DNA of 20,000 nucleotides from an uncultured virus (IMG/VR IMGVR_UViG_3300002835_000029) (taxonomy: Duplodnaviria > Heunggongvirae > Uroviricota > Caudoviricetes). Position numbers and translations under genes: made by a program. The notes under the pieces were generated by a model, which was not told the origin of the DNA, did not search any database, and saw nothing but the letters and a program-made list of their open reading frames with translations. Every line of letters starts with the position of its first letter. The first letter of the stretch is position 1. The stretch is taken from IMG/VR virus record IMGVR_UViG_3300002835_000029, positions 108,859 to 128,858 of that record; one strand, written 5' to 3'. This document shows positions 16,301-20,000 of the stretch, one piece after another.

Positions 16301-18095
16301 AATCTGTTATATTAGAGCTAGTATGAGTGTGGGAACTTGCTGCATAATTACCAGAGGGTTGCTTTCCATCAAGCGCGGTTTGGAGGTTAGTAATATCAGA
16401 TATAGTGTGAGTATGACCATTAGCACTAACATCAACATTGTTAACTTTTAGTGAAGTAAAGTTTCCGCTGGGGCCACTAATACTTCCAGTAAATGTTGCA
16501 CCACTTAGATTAGCTTTTCCAGCAAGATTATTTGTGACGGTGGTAGAGAAATTAGCATCATTACCTAAAGCAGTTGCTAATTCGTTGAGAGTATCTAGTG
16601 CAGTTGGAGCAGAAGCCACTAAATTACTTATTTCTGTGCGAACAAATGCTGTACTAGCAATTTGAGTACTATTAGTTCCAGCAGTTGCTGTTGGAGTTAA
16701 TGGAACTCCGCTGAACGATGGACTACTTAATGGGGCATATATGCCATTCACTAGCCCACTTACACTACTATTGAAATCTGTAATATTGCTAGACGCATGA
16801 GTGTGAGAACTAAGTGCGTAATTTCCAGAAGGTTGTTTATTGTCAAGAGTTGTTTGAAGTGACGTAATATCAGCTATATTGTGAGTATGTCCACTAACAG
16901 AAACATCGACATTAGATACTTTTAAAGATGTAAAACTACCACTTGGTCCACTAATGATACCAGTAAAAACAGCCCCAGTGAGAGGAGCATAAATTCCACT
17001 AGTTAAAGTATTTACTCTAGAATCTACTTGAGTTTGAGTTAAACCAAATGTTCCAGTAGTAGATATTGTATAATTAGAACCAACGCCAGATATACCAATA
17101 CCACTACCAGCGGTTAATAATGTTATTGGTAATAATCCACTAACACTACTATTGAAATCAGTTATGCTTGAGGAGGTATGAGTATGGCCGCTAACAGAAA
17201 CATCAATACCACCAAGTTTAAGAGATTGAAAAGTGCCACTATTAAATATAACTGTACTAGTAAAAGTTTTTTGTCCAGTAATGATTTGACTTCCAGCGGT
17301 CATAACAAAGTCTGCATCAACACCAGCCTCTGGAAGATAGTAAACTCTATCAGTATAAAGATTATTTGTTGGAGTAATAGTTATAGTATTATTAAATAAT
17401 GTTCCTGTATTACCTTTTAAAATAATATCTTTACGATTTATTCCTATTGCACCAGTTGTTATTTTTATTCCAGTTCCACTGAAAGTTTTACCGCCAGAGA
17501 GAGTTTGTTCACCAGTTGTTCTTACAACGGTAGAATCAACAGCAATATTATCAGCACTTACAACTAAACCGTCGCCCTGTCCAATGTCAAAGCTTCTATT
17601 AGCTGATAAATTACCGCCACCAATTAAGCCGCTACCAGCAGAAAAATTTACGCCAGTTAACGCAATGTTTTGAACATTATTTATAGCAAGGTCTGATTTG
17701 AATTGTGAAGGTGTTCTAGTATGAATATTACGGGCAAATGTAGATGGATCAGATATAAATACCGGAAAATGAGAAGCTCCAATATTTGAGGCTTCAGATC
17801 TAGTTGCTAAATAGCCAGATATTATAACATTATCATTAAATAATTTGATTCCACTTATTGATTGATTACCAAATGTTCTAACTATAGTGTTGCCACTAGT
17901 TAAATTTTCAATTAAGTATCCACTACCAACTCTACTGACGGGAAGAATTCCGCTAGTAAATAATATAGGGTAGCCACTGGGAGTGTCAAATGTAATAAAG
18001 TTATCAGAAGATTTTATCTCTATGATAATATCATGATCTTTGAGAACATCAAGATTAACTACATTTTCAGTAACTTCTATAGTGTAGTTGCTCAT
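13326..18095 (-). CDS. 1589-aa long fibre protein
   Basis: Contains phage fibre motifs SPSFSGVPLTPTATAGTNSTQIASTAFV and LVASAPTALDTLNELATALGNDANFSTTVTNNLAGKA (P2 gpH-like). It also has six HTH (HxH) motifs, a GDDDHSQYL motif, VxTTGxQTxSGxKTF repeats and about six xVGIGTxxP repeats. Confidence 0.85.
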   Translation of the reverse strand: MSNYTIEVTENVVNLDVLKDHDIIIEIKSSDNFITFDTPSGYPILFTSGILPVSRVGSGYLIENLTSGNTIVRTFGNQSISGIKLFNDNVIISGYLATRSEASNIGASHFPVFISDPSTFARNIHTRTPSQFKSDLAINNVQNIALTGVNFSAGSGLIGGGNLSANRSFDIGQGDGLVVSADNIAVDSTVVRTTGEQTLSGGKTFSGTGIKITTGAIGINRKDIILKGNTGTLFNNTITITPTNNLYTDRVYYLPEAGVDADFVMTAGSQIITGQKTFTSTVIFNSGTFQSLKLGGIDVSVSGHTHTSSSITDFNSSVSGLLPITLLTAGSGIGISGVGSNYTISTTGTFGLTQTQVDSRVNTLTSGIYAPLTGAVFTGIISGPSGSFTSLKVSNVDVSVSGHTHNIADITSLQTTLDNKQPSGNYALSSHTHASSNITDFNSSVSGLVNGIYAPLSSPSFSGVPLTPTATAGTNSTQIASTAFVRTEISNLVASAPTALDTLNELATALGNDANFSTTVTNNLAGKANLSGATFTGSISGPSGNFTSLKVNNVDVSANGHTHTISDITNLQTALDGKQPSGNYAASSHTHTSSNITDFNSSVSGLLPVKNILAGYDINITNNSGVYTVASTNLVHVDSQQPQGFVNRTDSRISVSGNIFRIEPTGSSYSYYNKGIKVVKTSGDSLTIPNLTQINYIHFDTVNNQISNKTTSFDFSSDIPIAYVAWNSGVGPSGQMTFFAEERHGIVMDTSTHKWIHNTFGSQYVGGLSIGNYSTSGNGNSNSDATIAIGNGTLYQEDIEINITNSPSTDPFCQELSPIAQIPVYYHQGNTGQWVKNTATNYPVKYGVNGPQYNLLSGGTWTTPDVSPGGATRYFAVWILATNQIDDPIISIMGQRVDSNPGSAESNNSWSDVNLTNLPLSEVKPLYRLIFAGDSDFTNTPKCYLYSILDIRVSVISTIAGVSQNDHGSLFGLGDDDHSQYLHVDNARTVNAIHNFVNGLTVNGTSVSVSGHTHTSSNITDFNSSVSGLLPVGTANYLSKFGTGGSGLGNSLIYDNGTNVGIGTSVPQAGYKLDVNGSAVIRGSILTNATITEFGNSRYQLHSGASTNQVSYVCNGGGRFGVGFTAPSGLVAISGGVSIGSAYNVTSPTNGLIVEGNVGIGTTTPSGALHVVGDTYIDNSAKLYIVGSGTSKTRNFIWSGTNGNLEINANGPSVVFSPDGGYVDLGRTVSQYINIGHGYLNAGANNQHVRFTPGGVELMRMTNSGTIGIGTTSPLGTCRLTIAGSGSTSASSALNVVNSGNSPLLFVRNDGNVGIGNNNPSYRLDVTGSGRFIGTGSSLILNADGNVAGSPSIEATSTYSDINIKVGGQNIFRGLDGWTGTWADSVATTYFQVGRAAGNTIFTSLVGNNFNRLAFASSKTLFTNSTSSIAIPSGYFNIVRNSNSLFNVMDDGKVGIGTQTPSAQLHVIGSGVISSGLIVNGNLTFDSFTESVVAIGNSSTSQTISLTSGTVQTCTLTGNCTFTMPTATAGKSFSLFLNSGSGNYTATFTGVRWADSAIPTATITASKVDIYSFISDGTYWYGSFSQNYG
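16278..16979 (-). repeat. Internal 228-bp (76-aa) duplication in the fibre gene (16752..16979 and 16278..16505)
   Basis: TGAVFTGIISGPSGSFTSLKVSNVDVSVSGHTHNIADITSLQTTLDNKQPSGNYALSSHTHASSNITDFNSSVSGL aligns without gaps to SGATFTGSISGPSGNFTSLKVNNVDVSANGHTHTISDITNLQTALDGKQPSGNYAASSHTHTSSNITDFNSSVSGL. Confidence 0.95.
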
Positions 18096-18491
18096 TTAGC
18101 ACTCCATTTGGGTAGAATTTTTGCTATTTCTTTTTATGATTGTTATAAGGCCAAATAATACTCTTGTAGTATACCGACCGCCGTTAGTATAGAAGATATC
18201 ATTTGATTCTAACTCAAAATCATATTTTGCTGTTTTGAATGCAAAGTTATTAGTAGTAGAAGCTGGTAACATAAGAGTTATCTTACCATTGACTCCATCT
18301 ATAGACATTTGGTAGTCTGAATTAGAATTTCCAGAAGTGTAAGTTATTGTTTGATTATCACTGGTCGTAATTAAAATCCTAGCGCACCAATCAGTAATAT
18401 TAATTGCTGTGCCTGCATTATTTTTATAAATGAATGTCAAGTTATAAGAAGAACCCTGTTCAACATCAAAATCATATTTTGCAGCTGCCAT
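18096..18491 (-). CDS. 131-aa beta-sandwich adaptor (BppU N-terminal/T5 LtfC-like), probable fibre attachment protein
   Basis: Motifs YDFDVEQGSSYNLTFIY, INITDWCAR, GKITLMLPASTT, AKYDFEL and RVLFGLITI; it lies immediately upstream of the fibre gene. Confidence 0.65.
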   Translation of the reverse strand: MAAAKYDFDVEQGSSYNLTFIYKNNAGTAINITDWCARILITTSDNQTITYTSGNSNSDYQMSIDGVNGKITLMLPASTTNNFAFKTAKYDFELESNDIFYTNGGRYTTRVLFGLITIIKRNSKNSTQMEC

Positions 18492-18492
18492 T

Positions 18493-20000
18493 TTATTCTT
18501 CCATTTCTGCTAATTGTGATTGGATATATAAACTTATAACGCGCATTCTGTATTTGTCTATATTCATTGACTCTGGATTAATGCTTTCTTCTTGTAGAAC
18601 GCTGGCAAACGCTGTAGGAGTTTTTCTATTTTCACTAAGTATATCTCTTATTGAAGTAGCATTTACCTCAGACATAATGTCTAGATTAGTAAGAACATCT
18701 ACTTTAAATTTTTCAAGTTCTTTTACTTCTGACTTTGTTAGCTGCCTTAAGTTCTTCTTAGACTTAGAATTTAAATATGCATTAGTAAGAACGTCTGAAA
18801 TTTCTTTCCAGCTTTCTTCTGCCCAATATACAAACTCAGCTACTCCCGGTTTCTTTTTTGGAGTTGCCACCCTTTGTTTTCTTGGTCCGGTATCTTGCTT
18901 AAAAAGCGGTCGCCCATTTGGATTACTAGGTTTAGGGGCATTTGGAAGACCACCACCGGGTGCTGGTGGTTTTGGCATCAATATATCTTTTGGTACACTT
19001 GTTTTTAAACCAACGTCTTGTGGATTTACTTTTCCTGACTGTAAGGCAATCTTTTCCAAATCCATTTTATGATTAGCGTTATGGAATGGTCCAGCTTTAT
19101 CTGGAGTATCTTCGCCCTGCCTCTCATCAAATTCTCTTTGTAGTCTAATCTTTTCGATCTGAGGAATCTCCTTAAATCTTTCAAGAACAGTTTCTTGACT
19201 TATAATATCTCTATCCACAAGTTGTAATAGAAGAGCTTTCTCTGCGGCTTCATCAGATAAGGTCATTTGATCAAACTGAATATAGGCTTTGTATCTAAAA
19301 CCCATAGCCTGTCTAACCATTTCAATTTCTTTTTCCCAAAATCTAGTTAACTGATCTCTACCATACTGAAGTCTTTCTACTAGAGTTTTGAGCGAAATGA
19401 AGTTATTAGTAAAGCCGCCACCGCCAGTAGCCATACCAGTTAATGTTGGAGGAACACCCAACCCAGCATATATACTATTGAGTACCGAAGTATATTTTTC
19501 AGAACCAAGGAATTTGTATACTTCGCTGCTAGATTCTTTGAAGGATAGTTCTGGCCCCCAAACTAGTTCCATCGTGCCGCCACCAACATTACTGGCTAGA
19601 ATATCTCGCAACTTGTTAATAGCTGTTTTGTTTGGTAAAATTTTATGTTCAAGATTGCCAAGTGTCCATAAACGAATATTAGAAATAGCACCATCCAAAG
19701 CGGACATATCTGCTAATCTCATTTTTTCTAACATAATAATATCATCTAAGATAGCATAGATCATGGGATTTGCCCACATCTGCCAATCATCTTTCTTATA
19801 GTGAAAAACGCAAAGTCTTTCTGAATCAAGTGGGATTCTTTTTTCTTTGTTTAGCAATGCCTTCTTAATATCAGTTGGCAAGCTATCAAGAACATCGTTG
19901 GGAAGTGAGCCTGACTGAAAAGTATCTAAGAATGTTCCAGCACTCAAGGTATAATTTGAGATACCCATGAACAGTGCTAACTTACCATCTTTTAACTCTA
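18493..20000 (-). CDS. Putative portal protein, 5'-truncated (frame open from the window edge; >500 aa)
   Basis: The frame stays open upstream of Met at 19968 (ELKDGKLALFMG...). It has a portal-like succession: VFHYKKDDWQMWANPMIYAILDDI, IYAGLGVPPTLTG, a long helix RLQYGRDQLTRFWEKEI, and LLQLVDRDIISQETVLE. It lies upstream of the head genes. Confidence 0.75.
   Translation of the reverse strand, partial: ELKDGKLALFMGISNYTLSAGTFLDTFQSGSLPNDVLDSLPTDIKKALLNKEKRIPLDSERLCVFHYKKDDWQMWANPMIYAILDDIIMLEKMRLADMSALDGAISNIRLWTLGNLEHKILPNKTAINKLRDILASNVGGGTMELVWGPELSFKESSSEVYKFLGSEKYTSVLNSIYAGLGVPPTLTGMATGGGGFTNNFISLKTLVERLQYGRDQLTRFWEKEIEMVRQAMGFRYKAYIQFDQMTLSDEAAEKALLLQLVDRDIISQETVLERFKEIPQIEKIRLQREFDERQGEDTPDKAGPFHNANHKMDLEKIALQSGKVNPQDVGLKTSVPKDILMPKPPAPGGGLPNAPKPSNPNGRPLFKQDTGPRKQRVATPKKKPGVAEFVYWAEESWKEISDVLTNAYLNSKSKKNLRQLTKSEVKELEKFKVDVLTNLDIMSEVNATSIRDILSENRKTPTAFASVLQEESINPESMNIDKYRMRVISLYIQSQLAEMEE

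Noticed and set aside
15003..17203. Fibre repeats as a diversity-generating retroelement TR/VR pair or invertible segment
   Set aside because: The copies are direct, in frame and mid-gene, and differ largely at synonymous positions without evident adenine specificity. No reverse transcriptase or invertase is present in the window.
12246..18491. Three consecutive ORFs in one frame separated only by stops (TAA ATG; TGA TAA ATG), suggesting readthrough or stop-codon recoding
   Set aside because: TAA, TAG and TGA all end genes in this window, one junction has a double stop, each downstream ORF has its own ATG and RBS-like sequence, and coding density is already near complete under the standard code.
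18434..19759. Plus-strand ORFs of 212 and 123 aa, and all other plus-strand ORFs in the track
   Set aside because: They are antisense shadows of long minus-strand genes, with no recognisable motifs or RBS.
1..20000. Host or taxonomic assignment
   Set aside because: Several protein families resemble those of uncultured aquatic phages, but nothing in the window supports naming a host or family without database searches.

Overview
This AT-rich, densely coding window (all credible genes on the minus strand) is part of the virion-morphogenesis region of a tailed dsDNA phage (Caudoviricetes), probably a large one. In transcription order (20000 to 1) it begins with a putative portal protein, truncated at the window edge. 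A ~10 kb block follows, with a small beta-sandwich adaptor, a 1589-aa fibre, a 358-aa protein, a 1065-aa mosaic adhesin/beta-helix protein and two small proteins. Next come a prohead protease-scaffold gene with a likely nested scaffold start, a capsid decoration protein, an HK97-type major capsid protein and a strong terminator. The window ends with a 233-aa virion protein, a 1098-aa fibre/adhesin, a 185-aa cadherin-like protein with five YYCV repeats, and a Cys/Thr/Pro-rich ORF running off the left edge. Two ORFs missing from the track were added (8863..9039 and <1..797). A shared 19-bp promoter-like motif occupies the only two sizeable intergenic gaps. I saw no tRNA, CRISPR array, integrase, reverse transcriptase or transposase. 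Family assignments come from motif recognition by eye, not database searches.
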